Shown in pieces: positions 1 through 12,734 of a DNA stretch of 33,515 nt (the first letter of the stretch is position 1; every line of letters starts with the position of its first letter). This stretch comes from Octopus bimaculoides. Lineage: Eukaryota. The DNA lies in contig NC_068994.1 of assembly GCF_001194135.2 (NCBI RefSeq), forward strand, positions 23,668,793-23,702,307, read 5' to 3'. The notes under the pieces are model-generated. The model saw only the letters and a program-made list of their open reading frames with translations. It had not been told where the DNA came from and did not search any database. A program made the position numbers and the translations under genes.

Positions 1-170
1 TATATATATATATATAGGTATATATATATGTATATGCATGCATATATAAATGTGTATATATATGTGTGTATACTTGTGTATATGTAGGTATGTATTTGCG
101 TATATATTTTGGTATGTTTGTATGCGTATCTATATGTGTGTATATTTGTATGTATGTTTCGTTCTTATGT
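1..170. repeat. Degenerate (TA)/(TATG) microsatellite
   Basis: Visible TATA/TATG/TGTA low-complexity run. Confidence 0.9.
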
Positions 171-965
171 AGATACACGTATAATTTTATGTGTGCGTTT
201 TTATGTTTTCGTTGTGCAAGCTAAACCGGAGTATCTAATTGTCCTCAGATACTTTTGAACGCCATGATGTCACACTCTCCATCCCCATTTATTTTCCCTT
301 TCTCTCTCTAATTTTCTGTTTCTCTTTCTTTTATTTCTTTTTCTGTTTTTCTTCTTTTCCACTGTATTCTTCCTCCCCCCATACTTAATATTTTCTGATT
401 TTTTCCTTATCTTTCTTTCGCCTGTAACAACTATCTTGTATAAGCATACACCAGGAGATTTTGTGCACCTGCGTGTGTGTGCTTTTGTATATATACTTAT
501 GTCTTGCCTATATATGTCTGTATATATATGTAGCTATGTACATGCGTCTGTATGTTTAGTGTATATATGAATATTACAGATGGTTTGGTATGTGTATATA
601 CTGCTAAATGTATATGTAATCCAACGTGAAAATTTTTTTTAAACGAATATAACTTTTAATGTATTAGTTGATTAACATTTTAAAGATAATTATTTACCCT
701 GGGTATTCAGGCTCTGCCCTTCTTTATAAGCTATTTCCGATTTAAGGTTTTCTTCGATTTTTTATAATAAGATGATGTTTTTATACCGCAATTTGTTCAT
801 TGCATGCAACCGCCATGAAAAAGTTAGTTGAAAGGACTAATCAAACAAAACCATTTTCAAATGTGTATCTATTAAACTAATTGTATATTTTCGCTTATAA
901 CCTTATTTTTGTTCCATTCTAAGCAAAGCTGTCGGACGAACGGGAACACACACACACACATATAG

Positions 966-1079
966 GCAAATTTATAGATGTTACTAAAGTGACAGAGGGT
1001 ACTAAGTAGTACCGACATTGCTAGAAATAAGAGTCAATGCTCGAACCATCTGTTACTTTAGTGACGTTTATAAATTTAC
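966..1079. repeat. 35-bp imperfect inverted repeat with 44-nt spacer (MITE-like hairpin)
   Basis: 966-1000 matches the reverse complement of 1045-1079 at 29/35 positions. Confidence 0.75.
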
Positions 1080-1297
1080 TTTCAGGTTGTTAAATTGCTA
1101 ATAAGCCAGTTATATGATATATGTGTTGTCACTCCAGTCTCCTTGTTACATCCATGTATGCACGTATGCATGTATGTGTGTATGTGTGTATGTATGTATG
1201 TATGTATGTATGTATGCACATTTGCAGATTAGTAAGATTTGTTTCATGCATGTATTCCTAGGCATATAGTTGCATGTCTAGACATGCTCATATATAC

Positions 1298-2090
1298 TTA
1301 AATGATAAACTTCTGGTAAGTTTTATAGACTTTTGCAGTTCCAATGTAGTCTTCGAATAAGCTTTCTGATTTTGAGAAGCCTAATTTCTCAAGATTGGTA
1401 TTTAGGCAGTGTCTTATAAATCCCAGTACCCCAATAATTACAGGTATAAACCTGAATTTGTAATCTGGATAGATTAACTGTAGATTTCTCAGTAGTCTAG
1501 TGCAGGTATTTTCTGTTTCGCTGATTTTTAGCCTTATGTTAACATCCGCCGGGCAGCCGATTTCCACAACTGTACACAGTTTCTCTTCTCTATCCAAGTT
1601 CACTATGTCAGATCTATTATGTTTACATTTTATTGAAGTTTTCACTGGGAAATTCCACCAGTACTCCTTTTTATTATACAGTGTCCTAACCACATCATGT
1701 CTCATCGGTAGATAACACTGTGATATTTTCAAACAACTGCTTATGATATGGGTGATTTCTTCGGTGTTAACTTCACAAAGCTTGCATTTTTCTGCTTTTC
1801 CTGCGTCTCTGCCCCTTTTGTACATCAAGTATTTGGTTGACATTTCCTGTTCTTGGATTGCAAATGCATACCTTTCAAAGTGGGAGTTAGTAATCCAGTT
1901 CTTGGTTCATGATAGATTGCTTTGCTGATCAATGTTACTATCATCCCGGAGCTTTCTACTAACATATCCATGCATGGTCTTCTGCTGATATATGTTCATC
2001 TTTGCATCCCAAAAAGTCATGCAACTTTTTGGGAATGTATTTAAGGTCATCAGACAAGGAATGCTGCCCAAGGAGCTGCTTTACAAGTCT
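1298..2090 (-). mobile_element. R4/Dong-like RLE non-LTR retrotransposon, 3' coding fragment (copy 1)
   Basis: Reads MHGY...SHFERYAFAIQEQE (from 1975, one stop) into ORF 1298-1843. That ORF has a CCHC knuckle (CKLC...THIISSC), then RHD, a degenerate PD-D/E nuclease (RSDIV...VEIGCP) and PVIIGVLG. Homology is clear for 1298-1975; the extension to 2090 is uncertain. Confidence 0.9.
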
Positions 2091-2229
2091 TATTAGGTAT
2101 GTATGTATGTATGTATGTATGAATACGAAAATGTAAGTGTGTGCATATGCATGCATATACATAAGTATACCCACTTGTACATATTGGCCTAAGCATGAAT
2201 AGCATTGCGTATGTAAATCTTATTACATA

Positions 2230-2450
2230 CTGCAATTCATTAATTATTTTACATGTTTTGATAGTACCTTTGAAAGCTTCTGATGAAGTGTGTTCTTCTC
2301 GTTTCATGAATGCCAGATCCTTAAAATTGATACTGAAGTAGTTAGTCACGAAGCCAAGTGCTTCAGTAATTACTAAAACATTATAGTCAAGACGTTTCTT
2401 TTTTGGTGTATTAAGTTTCACCGTATACGTCTTTGTTTTTGATTTTTTCT
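2230..2450 (-). mobile_element. Second, more degenerate RLE C-terminal fragment
   Basis: DYNVLVITEALGFVTNYF...LAF...KGTIKTCK resembles the end of copy 1 (DYKFRFIPVIIGVLGFIRHCL...LGF...GTAKVYK). Confidence 0.5.
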
Positions 2451-2617
2451 ACACTTTCAAGCCTGTAATCTCACCTGACTGATTCCACATGGGATATTTT
2501 GCTTGTTTTTTTCTCCGCTTCCAATTTTATTCATGTTCTTTGTGCGATTTTTAATTTTTTATATATTTATGCCTACACAGAATTATTCGGTGCCTCTTCG
2601 GGGTTGACCATAACTAT

Positions 2618-2930
2618 GATATATATAAATATGTGTGTATGTGTTTGTGTGTGTGTATGTGTATATACACGCTGAGATTACACACACACACAGACACACA
2701 CACACAGACACACACACACACACACACACAAACACAAATACAGACACATAGGTTTCGTGATGCATACGACGAGCTTTCGCATAATTTCCGTGCATTAAAT
2801 TCACTCACAAAGCATTTGTTGGCTGGCGGTTATAGTAGAAAACACCTGCCCAAGGTGCTGCGCAGTGGGACCGAACTCGAAACCACATGATCGTAAAACG
2901 AGCTTCTCAACCACGCATCCATATCTGCGA
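2618..2930 (-). mobile_element. tRNA-derived SINE family A, head plus internal TG/CA microsatellite
   Basis: 2750-2930 is a diverged reverse complement of the 14372 head (includes CACCTGCCCAAGGTGC). The adjacent microsatellite lies where the 14.5 kb copy has its internal microsatellite. Confidence 0.8.
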
Positions 2931-3023
2931 TTAGCTACTCATATTTCATTCTATTGTAACAATCGAAACCTGAGTGTTTTTATCGTTTGTTTCCTAAAAG
3001 GGTTTTAGAATACTGATTTTAAA

Positions 3024-3192
3024 TTTTGGCACAAGGCCAGTAATTTCGGGGAATGGGATAAGTAGATTTTATCAACCCGAAAGGATGAAAAGCAAAGTCA
3101 CCCTCGGTGGGATTTGAACTCAAAATGTAAAGACGGACGAAATGTCACTAAATATTTTGCCCGGTGTGCTAACGATTCTGCTAGCTCTCTGC
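3024..3192 (-). mobile_element. tRNA-derived SINE family B, internally deleted
   Basis: Homologous to the copies at 17103, 17299 and 22849 (CCCGAAAGGATGAAA-GCAAAGTC, ATTTGAACTCA, GCTAACGATTCTG). Confidence 0.85.
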
Positions 3193-5204
3193 TTAAAAGG
3201 GATTTTAAGAGGTTTGAATAGCATGAAATAAATAACATAGGATGTATTAATGAAAACCATTATTGATTTCCTTCTCTTTATTTGTATTCTGTTTCAGACA
3301 TTTTCATTTACTATATCGCCTGCCGATGGCTAATTACAATATTTGAAGTAAATATATGAATAAGTTACATTTAGGTAGAATGGAAAGGAAACGTTGTAAC
3401 ATTATTTGGGTTTACGACGGCTGAATTACAAAAATACCCTTATAGGAAACTCGGTGAAAGCTATTGTATTCTAAAATGAAAAATATTATTAAAACATTAA
3501 AAGAATATTTTTGTTATTGTTAATTTTGTGTAACCAACTAGCAATTTTGTATCACGAGACTATATAAAATTGTTATAATTTCTACAAGATATTCTCTTCA
3601 TATATGAGAAGGTTAACCTAATTACGTATGTTTTTTTCTTTACTTTATATAAGCTTTTAAGATATTTCGTTTTAAAGTGGTATTGTGACATTTGGAGAAT
3701 TAAAAAATTCTAAGTTAAATGGCACTTTTTAATCATTATAACACATGTCATAATCACTTGTAGTAATTCTGTTGTTTGAAATAAATATGCGATGTTGCTT
3801 GTACACTTTTGCTAGATGTTTTTAAATAAGATTTCTGTGAATCTTTACTCAAGTTATAATAAATAATCTAATGTCGCTGCTGGAAAATAGATTGCAATGA
3901 GTTTTGCTATTTTACTCTATCCCCACACAGCACACATGCACACACGGAGGGAGGAAAAGCAATTACCGAATAACGTAAAGAAATATACAAATAGTTAGAA
4001 AGCAAAAGAATGGTAGAGAGTAAATAAAACAGCGAACAAAGAAACTGTGTAATGAGAAATGAACAAATGCAAAGCTATTACTTCCTCTATAAGAATTAAC
4101 AGTAAAGGTTAAGAAACTAAAACGCTTTTGAATAGGTTGGCTCTAAAACATTTTACTTTAAAGGTATTTTGATGTAGGTAGGCGTGCATACTGGAGTAAT
4201 TTCTAGGTTTCAGAAAGGTGTATAGAGTGAAAATTGCAAGGCGAAATTGTGACATAAATAGTGACAGAATAGTTATCAAAAAAATAATAACAAACTAAAT
4301 AAAATTGTTGAAAGTATAAAAAGAAGTAGAAGGGAGGAACACGGTGATAATGACAATTTTAAAATAAATATGTATAGTATATATGTGTGTGTGTATAAAG
4401 ATATATAGAATGTATAAGAATTCACACATACACATAAACATACCAACGTATATAGATATGGGAGAAAAACATAAAACATAAACAAAGTAAGTTGATGGAT
4501 AAATGCTGGCAAAGACAGAGAGTAAAGGAAGTCGATGAAAGAATAAAAAAAAAACAAAAAACCGAAGGGTGAGTGGAAAGAACGACGTGAAGAATAATAT
4601 ACGAAAGAAGTTTAAGAGCAGCAGAAAGATTCAAAGGTCATGTGTAAATGAGACAATGAAAGAATCGAAGAATATGGTAAAGGAATGGAAATAGGAGGAA
4701 AACCACTTAAAGACGATTTTCAAGTTTTCCATTAGATTCTTTTGATATTTTATCATTGATTTCCATTTTGAGTTTCCGCCTCTTCCCTTTTCCCTTGAGT
4801 ACACGGGAACTTCGCCAAAATTATGCTTGACTATGGCAGTGTAAGCAGATTCAGAAGTAAGTATAGGTGAATGGGGTCGATTTAGAACTGTAATGTCTAT
4901 AGAACTCTAAATAGTATTGGAACTGTCTAAGGTGTCTGTCTATCAGCTTACTTTTTTCTCATAACTTCTTTTCTTCCTAGCTCTTCCTAGTATACCTAAC
5001 TCTGTTTGTGTATATTGGTATGCCAGCATAGTTTTCTTTGTGTATGATTGGGTATTGATTTAATCCCAAATGCATTTTCTTTACATGACTCCCAGCGAGA
5101 GATAATTACATTAAAGTTGGAAAATTGTATAAGATTACATTAGAAAATTGTAAAAGATGCACATTTTATTCTAGAATCTATAGAAACTAATTCAATTTCT
5201 TTTA

Positions 5205-5206
<2 letters not shown>

Positions 5207-5254
<48 letters not shown>

Positions 5255-5353
5255 GTGGGCGTTTATGTATGTATGTATGTATGCATGTATGTGTGTATGT
5301 ATGTATGTATGTATGTATGTATGTATGTATGTGTGTATGTATGTATGTATGTA
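5207..5353. repeat. Compound (AC)n + (TATG)n microsatellite
   Basis: Direct reading. Confidence 0.95.
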
Positions 5354-6939
5354 CATAAACGCGGGATCTCTTGTTGAGTGAAGTAGTAACCTGAATAAAG
5401 ATTATAGGACTACCAATGTTTGCAGGGCTGAGTTCCTTGCAAGTTGCATCTCACTATTACGATGGATAGCAACCTGGTCCTTATATATTGCATCTAGAAG
5501 AACCGTAACTTCTTGAGTTTGACTGTTACCTGCAGCAACTGTACCAGGATATGCTCGCCCCACAGAGGGTATATTAATCATCAGAATTATGTTAACCATA
5601 AAGTTCTGTATTGCTATATACGTTTGCTTAAAGGCAATAAAAATTATTCAATAAAATAGTTGCCATCTGTTTTCATATAAGTCTTTTAGACGTTTGTTGT
5701 TTTATATATTATGAATAATATATCTTACTTTATATTTGTTATTGCTCTCGAGTGATGTCAGGTAATCCAATTAGTTTAATAAATATTTTCAGAGTGAAAT
5801 ATTAGAGTAAACAGTGAGAATCAATCAATAAATACTTCCAACAGCAAGCTAATTAGAAACGAGCTTTTCAAAATAAGCAATTTACCCACTCCTTACAACC
5901 ACGATAGAAACAGCAGTCACAATTACCAGATTCACTCACGCTGGTTGTACAATGATATTTAAGGGAACTTTCATGGTGATCTCTGTTGGAATGTTTTGCC
6001 ATTCGATCAATTTGCAACATTTCAAACAGAATATATCAAGCTTCAAATCAATGATCACTTTTAACGAAATGAGATTGCCCAAACTTTAAAAATCATATTA
6101 CATCTTATAACTTCTATCGGCTCTCTTTTTCTTTCTTTTGATTTACTCACTCAATTTTTGGCACGCGTGCGCAAAAGATACAAACATAAAATTAACTTAG
6201 ACGAATCAGAATAGGAAAATACCATTATCATTTTGAACCAAAATTATTCCAGAAAAATAGAAGCCCAAAGGGTCGATAAGAGAAACTCTTTGACTCTTGG
6301 TACACTGTAAAGTGTTTTATGAATATGCTGTACAATATATTATAGCTGCAGCATATTTTCAGAGAGCAAAAGCTGAAGAAAAGTATAAAACATTTTCCAG
6401 GAAGAGAGTTGTGGATGATTATTAATTTTCTGCCATGGGTCTTGATGGGGTGCTAAATAATTGGGGAAGCTGATCTAGTCCTTCTAAGTTTCATTTCAGT
6501 AACAAATTGAACTCCGAAACTCGACTCTACTGCAAACGTCACTAACACAATAAAATTACTTTGTGTTGGTCTTAAGTGATTGAATTACTATAAGTATGTC
6601 ATAAATCTACTCAAGCAGAACTGATAGGTTTTTATTCTTATTGATATTTTTAAATATGTATCCTTATCTAAAAATCTTTGTATCAATATTCAGATTACAT
6701 TAATAATTGTTATGCTCTTAATGCAAACCAAACTTCCGCAACGCAATATTCAATATTCGAGTATTAACAATATAAATTAGCGCTAATAACTTTTAAAATG
6801 TGAAATATCTGAAACAGTAGCCTTTCTCTTTAAAGATATAGGGCAAGATTGAAAATGTCTGTCAACATATATGAATCTCCGTCTGTATCGACAAGGAGAA
6901 TTCAATGGTTCTGAATCACACACTCACTGAATTAGTGTA

Positions 6940-7202
6940 TAACAGGCTGAGTATTCCACAGACATGAGTACCTTTATCTTGATCCACTCGCAAGATGAGC
7001 ATGACAGAACTGGACTCGCAAATTACAAGTAGAATCAATTCGACGGGCTTCCAAATAATTTTTGTCAACGCAGTTTCACACTTAGAGACTTAAGTTAGCT
7101 CCAAGTTAGGGTAAATAAAGCTTGCCCAATGTGGCAAGCAATAGGCTTGAACTCAGAATGCTTTATAGCGAAGCAAACTTCTTAATAATTCGATCATGCG
7201 GC
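6940..7202 (-). mobile_element. Degenerate SINE related to family A
   Basis: Minus strand reads ATTAAGAAGTTTGCTTCGC...GAGTTCAAGCC (B-box-like)...CATTGGGCAAG, similar to the family A head and its CCTTGGGCAAG segment. The left boundary is uncertain. Confidence 0.55.
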
Positions 7203-7248
7203 ATACTTATATATCAATACATACTTAGAAGCACTCAGATATGTGCGA

Positions 7249-7338
7249 ACGTACGTACGTACCTACCTAACTACCTACCTACCTACCTACCTACCTACCT
7301 ACCTACCTACCTACATACATACATACATACATACATAC
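7249..7338. repeat. Compound tetranucleotide repeat (TACG)-(TACC)n-(TACA)n
   Basis: Direct reading. Confidence 0.95.
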
Positions 7339-7519
7339 TAACCTTGTCTAAGGATTATGAACAAACTGTACATCGGGTGCCTTAACTAATTCTTCCCGAC
7401 CTATTGCGTGTCAAGCGATAGTGCCACTAATAAGCAGGCAGAAGAATAAGGATACAATGAACAACTTTTGATGAGTAAACTGTGCTACCTGAAGTAAGAC
7501 AACTCCACAAAATCCTTTT

Positions 7520-7670
7520 TGACAATATGGCTTGGTTAAGGAAATGCATCTGATTCTAATCTCTGTTCAGAGCATTTGAAATCAGTACTGTTTGTAAAAG
7601 CGCCAGCTGCCTCAGTTGCTCCTATCGAAAGGCTCATGAAAACCTGATCTACATTCCATACATATTTGAC
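7520..7670 (+). pseudogene. Possible THAP zinc-finger relic (DNA transposon derived)
   Basis: AWLRKCI (7530), LCSEH (7561) and KPD..IPYIF (7640-7667) occur in THAP order but in different frames. Confidence 0.3.
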
Positions 7671-8264
7671 CGAAAGTACATTTACTGTCTTTGGTGGTAC
7701 TAATGTTTCCAAGGAAATATTTAAAGAGGATAATCCGTACTTGTGTTTATTAAAGCACTAAATGCACGGTCAGATCTTTTACGAAAATCTCGCTACTTTA
7801 CTAGAGGTGATAACTTTAACAAGTAATTTAACATCCCTTCGACTCGTGGCTGTTTTTGCTATTGTTGAGAAAGAAATATTTTAATAAAATTTTTTAATTA
7901 TTTTTATTATTACTATTATTTTTTTTTTTAGTTATATTGATTATTTTCAGACACTCGGGTAAGTCTTAATTCTTGGTTTTTCTTTACTTCAAAGCAGGTA
8001 ATAACAAATTGTCAAAGGTTTCAAGTAAGTCTTAGGATACGAGCTTTTTCACTGCAAGAAGTTTTCCTTACACCTAAAGGAGTGCACATGCTTAAATCAT
8101 TGGCTGTTATCTATGTAGTGTTTCGTCATGTCATCAAATTCAAATATTGTGAGTATACTTCAATTATACACCATGGATTTTCAGAGGCAGGCAAGATCTT
8201 CGCTAGATAATCAAGGAATCCACAAGATCTGAACTAACCAATTGAGGCTTAAATGTACATATAT

Positions 8265-8275
8265 GCACACGCACG

Positions 8276-8342
<67 letters not shown>
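8265..8342. repeat. (GCAC)/(AC)n microsatellite
   Basis: Direct reading. Confidence 0.95.
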
Positions 8343-8345
<3 letters not shown>

Positions 8346-8554
8346 TAAATGTTAATAAATCTCAAGAGTTAAGAAATGCACTATTTTCTACTGCTATTAT
8401 TAGTATGGATTAGGACTTGATGTAATGCAGACTACTTTCGAAATAATCTGAGAGATATTTGTATTAAGCTGAAATGCGAGCGTATATAACGATATAATAA
8501 ACGTAGTTGGAGAAATTTACATACGTACGTACATACATACATACATAGTCTTTT

Positions 8555-8762
8555 ATTCTCTCACTTAGACCGAGTCCATGCTGGAGCACACGATCCCAGT
8601 ATTTATTTTTTAAAGCCTGATACTTATCTATCGTTCTACTTTGCCAAACCGCTAAGTTACGGGGACAGAAACATGCCAACACTGGTTGTCATGCATTGGT
8701 GGGGGGCGAACACAGAAACACACACACACACACACACGCATGACGGGTTTCTTTCAATGTCC
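8555..8762 (-). mobile_element. SINE family A, 3' half with internal (CA)n
   Basis: Reverse complement of about 14510-14790 (CATGCTGGAGCAC, AACCGCTAAGTTACG, GACGGG-TTCTTTCA). Confidence 0.8.
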
Positions 8763-8791
8763 ATATACATGCATATATATATATTCATATG

Positions 8792-9705
8792 TAGGGTCAT
8801 CTAATAAATAATGTAGTTTCTTTAGATTTCTTTTATTTTTCAAACATTGAGATAAACAAAGTTCTTTTTTAATCTAAAATACACTCTACTTCATTTTTTA
8901 AAATGCTCTTCCAGCTATCTGATAGACTTTCAAGGCCCCTCTTCCAAAATTCACTCCTCCGTGACGAAAAGTATCCTCCCAGTACTGTTCTGAACTCGTC
9001 TACTGAATTCATATTTTTTCCATCCAAATGATTTTGAAAATTGCGGAATAAATGATAATCAAATGAGGCAATATCCGGCGAATATGATGGGTGGGACATC
9101 ATTTCCCTTTCAAACTGTTCCAGCCTTTGGAATGTCATCTTCGCAGTATGTGACCGAGCAGTATCCTGATGGAAGAACAACTTTCCTCTTGAAACCAAAG
9201 ATGGTCGCTTGCTGACTTGAATGATATGTTGAATGACAAAATCCAAGCTTCTCTACTAGTTCCGCAATAGTTACGTTGGGATTTTGTTCCACCAGTGTTT
9301 GTAGGACCTCCTCGGCAAGCTCTACAGATCTTCCAAGAAGAGGCTCGTCTTCTAGCCTGTAGTTTCCGGCTCGGAATTTCTGGAAGCACCGTTGGCAATG
9401 GCTTATGCTTATTGTCCGATCCCCATATACTGCATTAATATTCTTCACACCTTCCGTTGCGATGTTGCCTTTATTGAACTCATGAAGCAAAATATGCCGA
9501 ATATATTCCTTTGTCACTTCCACTATAACTTTGAAAAAAACTGTTAAAATCAAACTGCACTCTTCAAAACTTGTACTAAGAATAAGGCTAAGGTATAATT
9601 ACTACCTTCTTTTATAGTAAGTTGATGCAGGTAGTTTATCCCGTCCCCCTCCAACTTTTAGTTCATGCAATTGAAAAAGTCTGCATTATTTATGGGTTGA
9701 CCCAA
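8792..9705 (-). mobile_element. Mariner (Tc1/mariner) transposon, internally deleted, both TIRs present
   Basis: N-terminal HTH (IRHILLHEFNKG...QKFRAGNYRLEDEP) joined to FHQDTAR...HPSYSPDIASFDYHLF. Imperfect TIRs of about 25 bp at 8792-8816 and 9681-9705, with TA at 9706. Confidence 0.92.
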
Positions 9706-9712
9706 TATATAT

Positions 9713-10321
9713 NNNNNNNNNNNNNNNNNNNNNNNNNNNNNNNNNNNNNNNNNNNNNNNNNNNNNNNNNNNNNNNNNNNNNNNNNNNNNNNNNNNNNNNN
9801 NNNNNNNNNNNNNNNNNNNNNNNNNNNNNNNNNNNNNNNNNNNNNNNNNNNNNNNNNNNNNNNNNNNNNNNNNNNNNNNNNNNNNNNNNNNNNNNNNNNN
9901 NNNNNNNNNNNNNNNNNNNNNNNNNNNNNNNNNNNNNNNNNNNNNNNNNNNNNNNNNNNNNNNNNNNNNNNNNNNNNNNNNNNNNNNNNNNNNNNNNNNN
10001 NNNNNNNNNNNNNNNNNNNNNNNNNNNNNNNNNNNNNNNNNNNNNNNNNNNNNNNNNNNNNNNNNNNNNNNNNNNNNNNNNNNNNNNNNNNNNNNNNNNN
10101 NNNNNNNNNNNNNNNNNNNNNNNNNNNNNNNNNNNNNNNNNNNNNNNNNNNNNNNNNNNNNNNNNNNNNNNNNNNNNNNNNNNNNNNNNNNNNNNNNNNN
10201 NNNNNNNNNNNNNNNNNNNNNNNNNNNNNNNNNNNNNNNNNNNNNNNNNNNNNNNNNNNNNNNNNNNNNNNNNNNNNNNNNNNNNNNNNNNNNNNNNNNN
10301 NNNNNNNNNNNNNNNNNNNNN
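9713..10321. other. Assembly gap (N)
   Basis: N-run. Confidence 1.
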
Positions 10322-10494
10322 AGAAGAAAATGCAGGAGTGGTATGACAGTAGCAGAATGTTGGTGGAATCCTCTTAAATGGATCATTCGCCATGATACAT
10401 CGCTAGCCACTACACATTCATTATTTTCATTTTTATTATTATTTAAAATAGTGTGATTCGGCCCCACGCGACTTTCGAAGTTTCATAGGATGGG

Positions 10495-10496
<2 letters not shown>

Positions 10497-10564
<68 letters not shown>
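10497..10564. repeat. (AAT)~22 microsatellite
   Basis: Direct reading. Confidence 0.98.
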
Positions 10565-11285
10565 GGTATGTAAAAAATGCCTCAGAACCTCTATTATTGG
10601 AAGTAGGAAGGTCAGGCTTGTGTAAGATGGAAGATTGCAAAGATAAGACCCTGTGTAAGCACTTGAGAATGAATGAAACTGAAAATTAGTGGATAAAGAA
10701 AAGAATGCATAAACAATTTTATAGAGATGTTGAAGATAAGACAGACAGAGAAAAAAGATGGCTATGAATGACTAAAAGTGATTTAAAACCGGAAACGGAG
10801 ACTCTAATCTGTTAATCTGTGCTGCCCAAGAGCAAGCGTCAAGAACGAATTACATCAGATACAGAATAGACAACACATGAGAAAGTGATAAGTGCAGAAT
10901 TTATGGACAAAATGGTGAAACGTATGGCATATTACCAGTCAATGTACGCCACTAGCCCAGAAGGAATATAAGAGACATCATGACAATATAGCAAATATTG
11001 TCCATTGGACACTTTGCAACAAGTATGGAGTTGACAGAACAAAAAAAGTGGTACGAACATTCACACGAAGTCATCATCGGAAATAATAATGCAAAGATCC
11101 TTTGGAAATTTATGTTTCAGTGCAACCATGAGATAGAGAATAGGAAACCAGACATAGTGTTAATTGAGAAAGAAAGCATACAATGCTGGATCATAGATCT
11201 AGCATGCCCAGCTGACAACAAAATATGCGATATGGAAATTCGATAGATATGACAGGTTAAGATGGGAAGTTAAGCAGACCTGAGG
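10565..11285 (+). mobile_element. R4/Dong-like RLE fragment (copy 2), truncated at both ends
   Basis: Frameshifted KKRMHKQFY...LKPETETLIC/AAQEQA, degenerate knuckle (CRI...WHITSQC), HDNIA, KILW, RKPDIVLI...IIDLACP. Confidence 0.9.
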
Positions 11286-11289
11286 ACTG

Positions 11290-11922
11290 CTGTATCTCAT
11301 TGCATTTTCGTGAACTTCAAACACATTTTTCAAAACTACATCATTACTGGAAATAAGTGGATTCTCACAATAATGTTCAGTCGCAATTCAAGGCTTATCA
11401 AACAACCTCGAAGTGGTCTGCATTCAAAGGGTGTACGGTGGGACATGAGGGGAATTGCGTTTTATGAGCTGTTAGATGACAATCAAACAATAACACCTGA
11501 AGTTTACTGCCAGTTTTGCAGGAAAATTCCCTTCGTTGGTAAACAGAAAAGGAGTGATCTTGCAACATGATAATGCCGGACCCCAAACTGCAAGAGTGAC
11601 TAAGAATCTCATAGAAGAATTTGGCTTGGAGATATGCTTCACCCGACCTTGCTCCAGCAGATTACCATCTTTTTAGAAGCTCACAATCATTTTGCAGGAC
11701 TTTGGCTTCCTTCAAGAGAAGAGGTTGAAATGAAGCTAATTTCTTTTTTCGAGTTAAAACCAAATTAATTTTATAAAAAGGGTATCAAAAGGTTTAGGGA
11801 AAGATAAGAAGACATTACTAGAAAGAATGGTGACTATGATGATTAAATAAATCTAATTTTGGCTGCATTTTCATTTTTATTTCAATTAGAAAAACGGACA
11901 GAAATTTCGTTACAGCCTGATA
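11290..11922 (+). mobile_element. Mariner 3' fragment (second family)
   Basis: IITGNKWI (degenerate TGDEKW), WDMRGIAFYELL..NQTIT, LQHDNA, PDLAPADYHL. Terminus AAACGGACAGAAATTTCGTTACAGCCTGA followed by TA. Confidence 0.85.
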
Positions 11923-12734
11923 TATACTTGACAAATTTTGTGGCTAAAGTGCATAATAACTGATGTTTATTCCTGTCGATTAATATCTCCTGACATCATA
12001 TACCAACATATTAAATGATTGGATTACTTTCTTATGTATTTTAAGTTAAAGTAATGACCGTGTATACTGTAATAATTATTCAAATAAATCTTGTCCTATG
12101 AGTTGCCCAAAGCAGATTCTATGGCAATGATGACTACTATAAACAAATGCTTCCATGAATGGCCAATAAAACATGACATTTTCTAAGTAGAAATTAATGG
12201 TAGCAAACAAGAAATCGCGTCTGTTTCTTGTATTAGATGAAGTAGAATTCCTGATTGTCCACAGTTCAACATAATAGTTTTCCAAGTAGCAATAACCACG
12301 CCATGGAGTTACCTTGTTGACCATGGAACTGCCACAGCACGTCCAGATAGAATCAATGTGTGTTGCTTAAATTGTTACGTGAACGACTATCAGTTATTGT
12401 TTAGTTGCACAACTTCAATTTTAATAATTCAGGTATTTGCGTATTTGAGGTCTAAAAGATGTGAAAAACTATCGAGCTCGTTGATTTCGATGATTATTCT
12501 AATCGATGATACAATATTCAAATGTCTCAGGAATATTCGATTTATAGAGATAAACGCTGGTAAAAATATCTTCCTATTCATGACAGACAGAATGAAATGC
12601 CAAGAAAAGTAGAAAAACAAATATTTCTCAGATATTTGACGAAGAGATAAAAATATGAAAGTTTTATGTTATTTCTCTCGATTTCTTCCACTCTACATAC
12701 AGGTGTGTACGCATCAATCCGTAGTATACATTTA

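Noticed and set aside
620-930. Possible DNA transposon or MITE remnant
   Set aside because: No TIR pair or coding motif could be shown
5402-5599. 65-aa minus ORF with a CAG|GTAACA donor-like site and a copia-like LCGASISW in another frame
   Set aside because: No recognisable domain, the copia RNase H motif does not continue, and there are no partner exons
9622-10467. Long ORFs of 235-269 aa
   Set aside because: Artefacts of translating the N-gap
12076-12324. 82-aa minus ORF
   Set aside because: No motif recognised; a plausible chance ORF
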